The position numbers were made by a program, and so were the translations under genes. From Octopus sinensis (taxonomy: Eukaryota), in contig NC_043006.1 of NCBI RefSeq assembly GCF_006345805.1, positions 34,286,001 through 34,350,000 on the forward strand: DNA of 64,000 bases. Direction: 5' to 3'. The first letter of the stretch is position 1. Every line of letters begins with the position of its first letter. Under the pieces are notes generated by a model. It was not told the origin of the DNA. It ran no database searches and was given only the letters and a program-made list of their open reading frames with translations. Below, in pieces: positions 1 through 11,327 of the stretch.

Positions 1-176
1 TAGTTATTGTACAGTAATATGACTTTGTGTTTTTAATGGTTTTCTATTGTTTTTACGATTACAGTATTTGTGGCAGACAAATGTAAAGTCGACCTAACTT
101 GATTTTTGTTTTTTCAGATGATTTTTGAAAACCGACATTTAATCGAGAACAACTTAAGCCAAGGTATGCCTATATA

Positions 177-211
<35 letters not shown>

Positions 212-869
212 GATTAGAGGTTAGTCTGCTAGAATGAATGAATGCATAAACACATATAAAACATCCAAGGGTATATTTTTTCCCCTCTGAAGATATTATG
301 CTCAGGTCATATCAATATAAATTTAATATTTATTGAGTATTAATTGAAACAGCTGTAAGTGAAGGTGATTAATTTGCTATTAATAATAAACAATTATTAA
401 TTTCCCAATCTCCATTTTCTTTTGTTTCTTTATAAAAGTTTAAAACTTATTTGAGAACAGAAATTCAGTTTATAACAACCACAAATATGTTTGATATGAA
501 TGTATTTCCAAGATTGTCAGCTATATTTGGGTAGACCAATGACCAAAAACATCCCAACCATGACTATCCTATCTTTTTTCTTGACACAGTGTATCTAGGA
601 CTACATTATCCAGTGTAACCTTTCATCTTTTTAAAGATGGTTGTATATAAATTGAAGAAAATCTGGCAATTTCTATCACATATATCAATCATATACGAAG
701 TGCCCCTCTTTCTGAAATACAGCCTATAGGAGAAGAGGGACCCCTTGTAACTTTAGTAATGATTTTTGGTGGTCCCTAACTTGTCTTATTTTAACATCTT
801 TTTTTTTTTTTGTTAGTGTGGATATAAAAAATGAATAAACCCTGAAAGGAATGAACAGAATTTACTTAC

Positions 870-951
870 CGGCCGACGGGTTTTTTGTTGTGTTTCTACC
901 CACGTTTTCAGGGGTTTAGATATTTCTTCCCATAATGCCCGACTGAGATGC
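870..951 (-). CDS. NOSTRIN: NOSTRIN-like F-BAR exon (HLSRALWEEISKPLKTWVETQQKTRRP); next exon lies outside the window
   Basis: 82-nt exon with acceptor ccttatttctcAG and donor CCG|GTAAGT; phase 2 in, phase 0 out. It is the core of track ORF 813..1043. I found no further exon in 1-869. Confidence 0.92.
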
Positions 952-2105
952 CTGAGAAATAAGGATTTCAAGACCCATTTACAGCATATGACAAAAAGCA
1001 AACACAAACAAATAAATAAAATACAAAATCTCTTCAGATCCATTCATCAAGCTTTTATAAGCTGGTAATCTTATCCTGGATAGGACACCATGCTAATACA
1101 GGTGACTTTCCCAGGTAAGGTAGCTGACATTCAGAAAGTATAGAATTATAGAGAGGCAATATAGAATTCAGTGTTTTGCTCCCAAAACACATGCCATGGA
1201 TTTGAACTTGAAGTCCATATAAGTTGGTTGTCTAAAACCAAATCCACTTGGCCAGTTTATTATACACATAGGTGCAGGTATGGCCATCTGGCTTTTGGGT
1301 CAGTCTCTCTGCATGGCACCTTGCGCAAGTGTTCTCTACTATAGTCCTGGGCTGGCCAAAACCTTGAGAGTATATTTGGTAGAAGGAAACTGAAAGAAGC
1401 CTGTTGCATATTAATGCATGTGTGTGTGTGTATGTACCCTTGCCTACACATCACATAATGGTTGTAAATGAGCATCACTGTCAAATAGCGATGTTGTTCA
1501 TTTCCAGTCTTCTGTGAAAAATATGTCTAGCTATGGAAAAATATCAGCTTGCTTGGAAACAGGTGGGCGATGGCAACAGGAAGAGCATTTGGCTATAGAA
1601 AATCTGTCTTGACAAATTCCATCCAACCCATGAAAGTATGGAGAAGTGGACACTGAATTACGATGAAAATGCTGATGCATGCACACATACAGTCCAATGG
1701 ATTATGGAACATTTCTTTTACAAAGCAGCATTTTGTTTTCTTCTTTTACAGTCTACCATCGTTGGATAAATTGTTTCAATTCCATGCTTTATTTGCTGTG
1801 GTTTCTACTGTGTTCTTTGAAAATCCATTCTAATGTATTTATGATATAAAGAAGGACATCCAGCCATAGAAACCAAGCCAAATCAGATTGGAACCTGGTG
1901 TGGCTCTTCAGCTTGTCAATTTCTGTCAAACTGTCCAAATCATGCTAGCATTGAAAATAGACATTGAATGATGATGATGACGATGATAGGTATGTAGAGT
2001 ACTTTTGCTAGTGATGACATGTTACATCCTTTACGATAATGTGCCATCACCAAACTTGCTCCATTGTTTAAAAGAAAAAAGAAAATCAGATGTGGCGGGG
2101 CTTAC

Positions 2106-2168
2106 TTGTGGAAGTCAGATTCACATTCCATTTCTACAGAAGTAGCTTTCCAGCCTTCACACAGACTT
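2106..2168 (-). CDS. NOSTRIN: NOSTRIN-like F-BAR exon (SLCEGWKATSVEMECESDFH-K)
   Basis: 63-nt exon with acceptor tcttctatatttcAG and donor AA|GTAAGC; phase 2/2. Carries the F-BAR motif SL...W......E.E...H. Confidence 0.92.
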
Positions 2169-2378
2169 CTGAAATATAGAAGATATGTAATGTTATTATT
2201 TTTAAAAATTCAAACACATGTCTGTGTATGTATGTATGTAATTATGTGTGTGTGTCTGAATGATAGAAAATGGGTGTGAGTGTGTAGATAGATACATATA
2301 TAAGAGGATGAGCAGAAACATTAATCTCCCTACCATACACGTGTGTTTGTGCAACAAGGTTATCCAGATTAAACTTAC

Positions 2379-2459
2379 CCGCTGGAATTAGAAGACAGCT
2401 TCATGATCTTCGTACTGAGTCGGCTTAATCCCTTTGCATATGTTGTCTCTAGGTCAGCT
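2379..2459 (-). CDS. NOSTRIN: NOSTRIN-like F-BAR exon (ADLETTYAKGLSRLSTKIMKLSSNSS-G)
   Basis: 81-nt exon with acceptor (ct)n-cattttAG and donor GG|GTAAGT; phase 2/2, in frame with neighbours. Carries the F-BAR motif ERA.LE..YAK.L..L. Confidence 0.93.
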
Positions 2460-5400
2460 CTAAAATGAGAGAGAGAGAGAAGAAAATTTTGTACTACACA
2501 AAATTTTAAGAATGGTTACAGAGTGAAGAATTGCAAAATCAGATAGAAGATGATTAAAATAGAGAGGCTTAGGTTTAGAAGCTACTAGGACTACCTCAAA
2601 CGGTTCAGTTGAACAAATTAACCAGTATTTATTAAGTTAGGTACTTAGTCTATTGGTCTCTTTTACCAAACTGCTAAGTTAAGGGGACAAACATAAAAAC
2701 TTGCAAGTTTTGTCCACCATATTCTCTCACAAGGCAGTAGTTGCCCTAGGGCTATAGTAGAAGGCACTTGCCCAAGGTGCTACATGATGGGACTGAACCT
2801 GAAATCACCTGGTTGCAAAGCAAGCTTCTTGATCATATAACCATGCCTGTACCTATGAAGACAGGTTAACAAACATTGATCCAAATGAAAAATGGACACA
2901 AGGATAACAATATGTATTATCATCGTTTAACGTCCGTTTTCCATGCTGGCATGGGTTGGACAGTTTAACTGAGGTGTGGAGAGCCAGCGGCTGCACCAGG
3001 CTCCAATCTGATGCTTTTTACATGCCACCAGCACAGGAGCCAGTCAGGCAGGCCTGGCATTGATCATGTTCGGATGGTGCTTTTTATGTACCTCAGGCAT
3101 GGGAGCCAGTCAGGGGGTACCAGCATCGGCCACGTTCGGATGGTGATATATATATATATATATATAGTTAATCCAAACAAGAAAGCATGAAAAACCACAA
3201 CAACGCGAGGACGTGGAACAAATATAGTATTATTTGATGCTCAGGAAAGAAGGAAAGATTCAGAGAAGGGAAGACAGAGGGAAAACAATCGCCAACGGTA
3301 CACACGAGGTCACATATATTTCTTTATTGCCCACAGGGGGTTAAACATAGAGGGGGCAAACAATGACAGACAAAGGGATTAAGTCAATTACATCGATCCC
3401 CAGAGTGTAACTGGTACTTATTTAATCGACCCCGAATGGATGAAAGGCAAAGTCAACCTCAGTGGAATTATGAGGACAAGAAAAAAGTTCTTTTTTTTTT
3501 ACATTAAACAAAAAAAAAAACACTGGTGTAAAAATAATGAACAATAGAATATAGAAAGAACACGATTTAACAAATAAGGTATTAGCTTAAAGCTTTTATG
3601 GAGAGAGAGAGTCTTAACATTTTGCACAGTAATCCTTTATCAAGAAAAAGAGAAGCATAATAGTCAGTGAGAAAAAGAAGAAAAAAGGTGGTGATAGTGG
3701 AGAGATCAATGGATATAAACCAGGTGAAAATGTTGTGCTATGGGAAGGGGGTTAGTTAAGAAGAGAGGAAGAAGTGGATGTGTAGATGCAAATATAAAAG
3801 TCCATCTATGTCTGGATAGAAGACATGTCTACTATAGACAAAAGCACTAACAACAACTACTATTACTACCACTATGACTAGCCACATTGGGTGCTCCGTT
3901 TTAACCAAGAGAAAATAGTTTTACAGGCTTGATAGAAGTGGGGGTAGGGGCTTTCATAAACCAGGAAATTACAAAGCATTATGAAATATTAATAGAAAAG
4001 AGATGGTGAAAATAGGTGCAGGTTGCTTCCCAATCACACGGGTTCAGGTTCTGTCTCACTACATGGCACTTTGGGCAAGTGTCCTCTACTATGGCTCTGG
4101 GATGACCAAAGTGTTGTGATTGAACCTGGTATCCAGAAACTGACAGAAATCTAATGTGCGTGTATGTGTTTGTTTGTGTTCCCCTTGTCTTGACATCATG
4201 TGACTGTTGTAAATGAATGTTATTGATTTCCACTTGCTCTGGCCATGGTGAAATATTATCTTGCTTGGAAACTAGTAAGGGTTGGTGACAGGGAGGGCAT
4301 CCAGTCATAGAAAATCTGCTTCAATAAACTCCATCTGACCCATGCAAGCATGGAAAAATGGACATTAAAATGAAGATGATGATACACAAGAGAAGGTCTC
4401 AGACACTGACAAAGTGACCATACTCTTGGATATGTTAATCCACACAGAGAGATTAGAAATAATCTCTCTGACTGGAGACTTTTGTAAAAAAAAAAACCCA
4501 CCAAGAAAAGAAGTACCAAGTCTATCGAAAAGAAGTACCAGGTCTATCGAAAACAGATTATCCGAGTCATAGGTGCAAGCATGGCTGTGTGGTTAAGAAG
4601 CTCAGTTTGCAACCATGTGGTTTCAGGTTCAATCCCACTGCACAGTACCTTGGGTAAATGTCTTCTACTCTACTGCTATAACCCTAGGCTGATCAATGCC
4701 TTGTAAGTGAATTTGGTAGACAGAAACTGTATAGAGGCCTGTTGCAGAAGTGTGTGTGTGTGTCCCCCTGTCCCCACTACATGAGAACCAGTTCTGGTTT
4801 GTTTACATTCCTGTAACTTAGTGGTTCAGCAAAACAGACTGACAGAATAAGTACCAGACTTAAAATTATGTACGGGAGTTGATTTGAGTGACTAAACTCA
4901 ACACAGAACCAATGTTCTGTATGTTGTGTTGTGTTCTTGAGCAAGACATTTTATTACACGTTGCTCCAGTTCACTCAACTGTAGAAATGAATTGCGACGC
5001 CACTGGTGCCAAGCTGTATCGGCCCCTTTACCTTGGTGGTGTGGAGAGAGGAGGCTGGTATGCATGGGTGACCGTTGGTCATCCATAAAAATAATCTTGC
5101 CTGGAATTGTGCCTTGGAGGGGAACTTTCTAGGTGCAATTTCATGGTCATTGACCCTTTAATCCCACCCCACACCATCATGACCACAATCTTTCTCTCTT
5201 CCCAATTTATTTTCTCCCTCATCTCCTCTTAGCCACCTTCCTTTTCTTCTTCTCTCTATTTACTCATTCTTTTCCCCTCTCATCTCTTACTACCTCTTCC
5301 TCCTTTCCCATCTCCTCTATCATATTTTAACTGCCCTTCTTCTCTAACTAAATGATAGAATAAAAAAGTAGTTTCCATGTCACTCAATTTGCTAGAAATA

Positions 5401-7479
5401 ACAATCAAATCTCTTTCATGTCACAAATCACCTAATCTACTCTCTTACAACTGAAATTCTGGATAATAATGTAATCCTAGATATTGTCTTAATAAAACAA
5501 ACAACCACCTCTGGAAAAGTCGAATGGCAGGATAAAAAACTCCAAAACTATATTCAATAAAAATCCTGATTTACTGAAAATGTAAATTCAAAACCAGATT
5601 CATTTAATATTATAATGGGAAAGAGAGAGAGATTGTTTTGAAAAGTCAAATGTCCTCCATCTCCTTAAAAAAAACCCACACACACACACACAAACCTTTT
5701 GCACAGATGTGACATGAAACTAGAGAATCATGGGAACCAGAGCTTGAAATGCACAAATATGTTTTAAAAAAAATTAGGGAAAATAAAGTATTTAAAGATA
5801 GAAAAAATGTAAGGATGGTTTAATTCTAATTTAGAAGTTGATTTTAAAATAGTCGTATTGTGATAAGAGGACTGATTATGTGAGAGAGAATGTTTGAGTC
5901 ATTGGATGAAATACACACCCACATATACAAAAGTAAAGAGATAGAGAGAGAGATAGGTAATCCAAGAAGGAAAAGTGAGAAAATGAGAGAGAGAGAGAGA
6001 AAACAGAAAGCAAATTATAATTAACAATTAAAAGTAAGAGAAAAACAAACTTGGAAAAGACAATAACAACAAGCAAAAACAACAACAAACAGTACCACTT
6101 CCATAATAACAACAACCAGAAGCAAATAATAAAAAAAAAAAAGAAACAATAAGCAAATAAGAAAGCCACCAAAGAATAAATATATAAATAAACAAAATAA
6201 AATCAGCGCAAAAAATTATCTTTGTGAATTTGAAGAGACACTTGTGATTGCATCCAGACCAAAGATTTTAATTAAAGAAAAATAGTAATAAAAAAAATAA
6301 AATGTAATCAGCTAAATTAATGGGTGGAAAGTCCACATCATTTAGCCACTTCAATCACACACACACACTGTTATCTGCTATCAACAGGTGGTGTCTCCTT
6401 CATTAAGATAAGCTGATGCATTGCTACTCCACCAAGAAAGGAAAAAAGAAAATGCCACTGCCACTGCCACTGCCACCACCACCACCACCACCAGCCAAAA
6501 AGGACCCCTCAATATGCGAAAAGTTTTCCATCACAGTGTGTTGCAAGTTCTTGAGATGAGTCAGAAAAGACTTTGGTGCTTTTTTAATGCAATGACAGCA
6601 GAATGCAACACATGCACTAATCTTCAATTTAAAACAATTTTAAGACTTACTTTATATAACAACAACACCCTTCAGAAGCTGGTGGTGTTCTGTAACACTT
6701 TTAGTATAGATTAAATATCATTGCTCTATGTGGTCACTTAATCTGCTAGAAAGAGCAGTCAATGAGCTCATAACCAATTGGATCGGTTATAAAGGTCACA
6801 GCAGAACATTTTAACAGACCTGTAGTATATATATTTAGACAAGTCAGCTACAGGAGGGGTTGAACCTTGCACCACAAGTAGTTGATGCATTTGTCAGTTT
6901 TATAGCAGTATGGCTGATTACAGCCACATATTGTTCCTAACCTGTGGCACCCACTACAGTGGACTGGGCCATTTCATATTTCATTGAGTCCTAAGATGTT
7001 TGTGTACAGGTAGAGTTCATTCTATATTCTTTTTCTTTTTTATTAATCAAACAATACACAAACATGAAACCATTAATTATCCTTTCTCTTATAAGCAAAA
7101 TGGTGTGAAAATTTTTAAGGGAGGAAGCTGGTTGATGACATTAACCCTAGTGCTTAAATGGGACTTATTTCATAGACTCCCGAACAGATGGAAGGCAAAG
7201 TCGACCTTGGCAGAAATTGAACTCAGACCAGAGAGACAACAAAACAACAAAATTCTGGCCAGCATGCTAATGATTCTGCCAACTTGCTGCCTTCAAGAAA
7301 CAATTATAAACAAGAGCACTCAGAGTGTGCAGACCTCCACCAAGGCAACACCAATGTCCTCTCAACAATTAGCCGGAATGGCTTTTAAAATGAGAATATC
7401 TGAAATAAACTGGACTGCTCTCACAAACGAGAATACTAAAAATGAACGTGACTGCTCTCAAAAAATTAAGTAAAAAGAC

Positions 7480-7665
7480 AGGAAAAATAATCCCGAATCC
7501 TTGTCCGGTATCGGATTGTTCCCAAAATCTAATCATTTCGTGCCAGTCACGAGGTCAAACATCCCTGAAAGTTTCAACTGAATCCAACCAGTGATTCTTG
7601 GGATATCTTCTCCACAGACAAACAAGCAAACAATGCCTCTGCCTTTGCTATGGCGGAAGTAATAA
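7480..7665. mobile_element. Possible Crypton-like non-autonomous repeat
   Basis: ccaaaatctaatca...aaacaaacaa...ggcggaagtaa resembles the widespread ttacctccgcc-ended repeats. The classification is from memory. Confidence 0.3.
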
Positions 7666-8163
7666 CCAATGTATGAGTCACTACATGGTCACTTGCCTTG
7701 CTTGGGATAACAGCTAAAACCCAATCAACTCACACTTTATTGTTTTAAAAGAAAGACCATATTGTACAATATAGTCCTGGAAAGACTGGATGGTCATAAC
7801 TGGAATGCTTTTCAATGAAAGGCTTGACCTGGAGTTAAACAATAAGTTATGATGCAATCCTTTTCATATAAGCCACAGCAGACTGATCTTGGTTCTATGA
7901 TACAAAAACTTCATGATTTAAAATGTTCATATTTAAATTTAAAATTTTCATCATAGTTTTATGTGAGAAGCATTTAAATGCTTTTTTTTTTATTTTATAA
8001 TGATAGGGTTCCTAATATAAGTGGCCAAAATGGGGTTCTGAATACTAGTGACTGAAAAGGGTTTTTCTGAAGAATTTCTAGAGTAACATTACTAAATAGG
8101 GTGCATAGCTCAGAGATCAGGCAACTTTTTCTTCATATTGAGAAACCAAAACTTTGATAACGT

Positions 8164-8300
8164 GGGCAGGTGGTTAAAACATTACTGATAAAATTCTCAA
8201 GACAAATTCTTCAAGTCAAGCCAACTGGAGGGAGACTTAGGGGTAGACCAAGAACAAGATGACTGGATGATAACCATATTTGAGTTGGTCATGCTTGGAA
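8164..8300 (+). mobile_element. RTE-clade LINE ORF 3' remnant
   Basis: Reads GQVVKTLLIKFSRQILQVKPTGGRLRGRPRTR*LDD, matching the RTE C-terminal G.RPRGRP..RW.D motif with W changed to a stop. Confidence 0.65.
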
Positions 8301-8642
8301 ATCCTGTCAGAAAGTGTAATGACAGTTGCTTTTGATAAGACTCTATGGAGAAGGTACTTGAAGATTCTAGCAAAATAATTGCACTTCCATGACCATTCCA
8401 AAAATAGTGGGTTGAGAAAATGGATGGATAATTAATTTTATTTACTAAATCCTTCCAAATCTCTGCAACATAATGGAATCTGCTAAAGACATTCAAGACC
8501 CAATTGGTAATGCTGAACTGGACAAAACAAAATCTAAGCAAGAACAGTCTACCGATGGCTCTTCCTCCCAGTTTCCACCAACTTTATTTCATTCAAGAAA
8601 AAAGAGACAAAGGTAAAATGAAGAAAATCTAAAAAGACTTAC

Positions 8643-8728
8643 CTTTCTTGCATAATATTTGCCACATCTTTGGCAAACTCAGCCCCCTGCTTTACTATCT
8701 TCCGTAATTCTTCAAACCCATTCACCCC
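8643..8728 (-). CDS. NOSTRIN: NOSTRIN-like F-BAR protein, first shared exon (FCH start: GVNGFEELRKIVKQGAEFAKDVANIMQE-R)
   Basis: 86-nt exon bounded on the minus strand by acceptor ttctctgttgttttgcAG and donor AAAG|GTAAGT; phase 0 in, phase 2 out. The peptide matches the invertebrate Nostrin N-terminus G.NGFEELR..VKQG..F.K.....QERA (recognised from memory). Missed by the ORF track. Confidence 0.93.
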
Positions 8729-10343
8729 CTGCAAAACAACAGAGAATAACACAACCCATTAAACTTATTGGATTTTTACAGCTCACAAAAAGAAATGAAA
8801 ATCAATATTTTTCTATAAAAAAAAAAGAAAAAGAAAAGATAAAGAAAAAAGGTAAAAAAATAATGTAGAAATATAAGAAACATCAACAGTAGTAGTTGTG
8901 GTACTGTACGTTACCAGAAAGGGTAAGAAGAAGACTAAGGCTTCAGCACAGTTATGGCTAACTTGTGGCCCACTGGAGTTTCTGGATGGTATGCCTAACA
9001 AAAAATTACTTTGAATTGTTTAGGAGTGCATCCTGCCAGATGATAAAAGTTATGTCTTATGCATCCTAATTCTTGAAAATGGTTGCCCACACCTGCTTCA
9101 GCAACACAAACAAATTCCTCAGAGTAAAACAACAATTAGTTCTTATTTTCTTATTAGAAGTCTTTGCTGAGGAGGTTTAATAAGACTGAAACATGTCCCT
9201 TGCTTTCACCAGTTGGTTTATTAAACTTATCTTGCTTCTTGATTTTAAACATCTGTAGAGGGAGTTTTGGTCGACCAATTACTGGGATAATATCAGTAAG
9301 TCAAGTTTTTCATTTCATTACATAATTACATATGACGTGTTACAGTATTTCTATTTTACTGATTACAGAAGGATGACAGGCTCCAATGGGATTTGAACTG
9401 GGAATAGTAATTCAGCAAAAAGATGTAATTTAAATAGTAACACGCAATCTACCATTTCTGTCACGCCACTCTTCAACTAACAATAACAACTTTTGTCAAA
9501 GCTTTCAAACCCTGCAGTGAGACAAACAGACAGACAGTGGGACAGATGAACAGACAGACTTAAGAGTAGAAAAGATTAAGATAATTGATGGATAATTTCT
9601 ATAATACTCAGCAAGCTATATATAGATTGCATTTGTGCTATGGACGATTTTTAAATAAACAACCGTACATATTGTTTAAAAAATAATACTATGCCATACA
9701 GGATGGGTTGCCTGACCACCACTGAAGAATAAACATGTTCAAATGAAAATATAGAAAGCAAATAAATTAACAGATAGAAAGGAGAAAAAAAGATAAACAG
9801 AAGAAGGGTTCCTCCCCTCAATTATCTGACATATTGTATATTATTATTATCATCATGGAACAAGAAACCGTTGCGTGTCCTGGAATTATCATTAATGTGA
9901 GAGGTGGGGGGAGAAGCAGAAGCCTAATGACAGGGAAGGAAAAGCTGTTAGTAAACACAGCTTGGTAAATATGAAGAATCTAAATGAATAGACTGAAGTG
10001 GTGGAGGCTTGGTGAAGACAGACAAAAGCCATTTGGTGTCTAATAGCATTATAAGCAATATAGATGAGAGCACTTTGCAAGCATTGATTGTCAAGACAAA
10101 ATATTGAAATTCTTTCTTCATGCTATGAGGGCTGATGGCATGGAAACAAGAGTGCTATGTTAGGGAAAAGGGACAAACACGCATGATGTGGTTAGATGGA
10201 GGGTGAAAGAGGAATTAGCTCCAGAAATGTGGGAGAAAATAGGAAGGATAAAGGAACCGAAAGAATTGGGGATGGCATATCCAGAAGATCATCAAAAGTT
10301 TAACACAACTTGAGGGAGGACAGACGGTAAGAATATACATACA

Positions 10344-10381
<38 letters not shown>

Positions 10382-10632
10382 GCGGTGAGCTGGCAGAATC
10401 GCTAGCACGCCGGGTGAAATGCTTAGTAGTATTTCGTCTACCGTCACATTCTGAGTTCACATCCCGCTGAGGTTGGCTTTGCCTTTCATCCTTTTGGGGT
10501 CGATTAAATAAGTACCAGTTATGCACTGGAGTCAATGTAATCAACTTAATCCCTTTGTCAGTCCTTGTTTGTCCTCTCCCTGTTTAGATCCTTGTGGGCA
10601 ATAAAGAAATATATATATATATATATATATAT

Positions 10633-10909
10633 AAATTAGAGAAGAACCACCATTCAGCAATGATATACTTAAATCATAGCATATAGAAAAAAAATTAAAG
10701 ATACGATAAAACATTTACCTAGAACTAAATAAAGTACGAAATAATAAATAAAATAGTATGTCTATTTACTAATTATATACTATTTATTTATTATTTCATA
10801 CTTTATTTAGTTCTAGGTAAATGTTTTATCGTATCTTTAATTTTTTTCTATAAAGTATGATTTAAGTATATCATTGTTTAATTTTTACCTGGTGGAGCTT
10901 CTCTAATTT
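10633..10909. repeat. AT-rich long palindrome inserted next to (TA)n
   Basis: aaattagagaag...aaacatttacctagaactaaataaagta is mirrored by tactttatttagttctaggtaaatgttt...cttctctaattt. Confidence 0.8.
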
Positions 10910-11100
10910 ATATACATGCATTATATATTGTGAAATTTGATTTAGTATTACTAAATTGAATTTTTCCCTGTAAGTTTGGAATCCTATTCCCGAATTTGTT
11001 TAACTAAACCTTTGTAGGTGGTGCTTCAGTATGGCTGTAGTTTAATGAGTGAAACCAGTAAAAGACTCATGGTACATTTTAGCTCTCCTTGGTCTGACTT

Positions 11101-11327
11101 TTAACCCTTTAGTATTTAAACCGGCCATATCTGGCTAAAATATTTAATCTGTTTTATGTTCAAACTGACCAGATCCAGGCCCACACACCTACCCTACAAT
11201 GTTATTCTACATTAAGTAATTACACCATCAAGATCTTGAAGATATGAGATAATGCATGATTAATTCAAATCAATGTGAATCAATAAGCATTATGTTTGAT
11301 AGAATAATCTGAACATTAAAGGGTTAA
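11101..11327. mobile_element. Second TTAA-bounded MITE family (other copies about 24208-24431 and 36299-36522)
   Basis: TTAACCCTTTAG...TAAAGGGTTAA ends, with shared internal ccagatc...cctacaatg...aatgcatgattaatt. Confidence 0.7.

Noticed and set aside
7000-7473. 157-aa ORF
   Set aside because: Runs through an antisense SINE family 1 copy; non-ATG start and no splice support.
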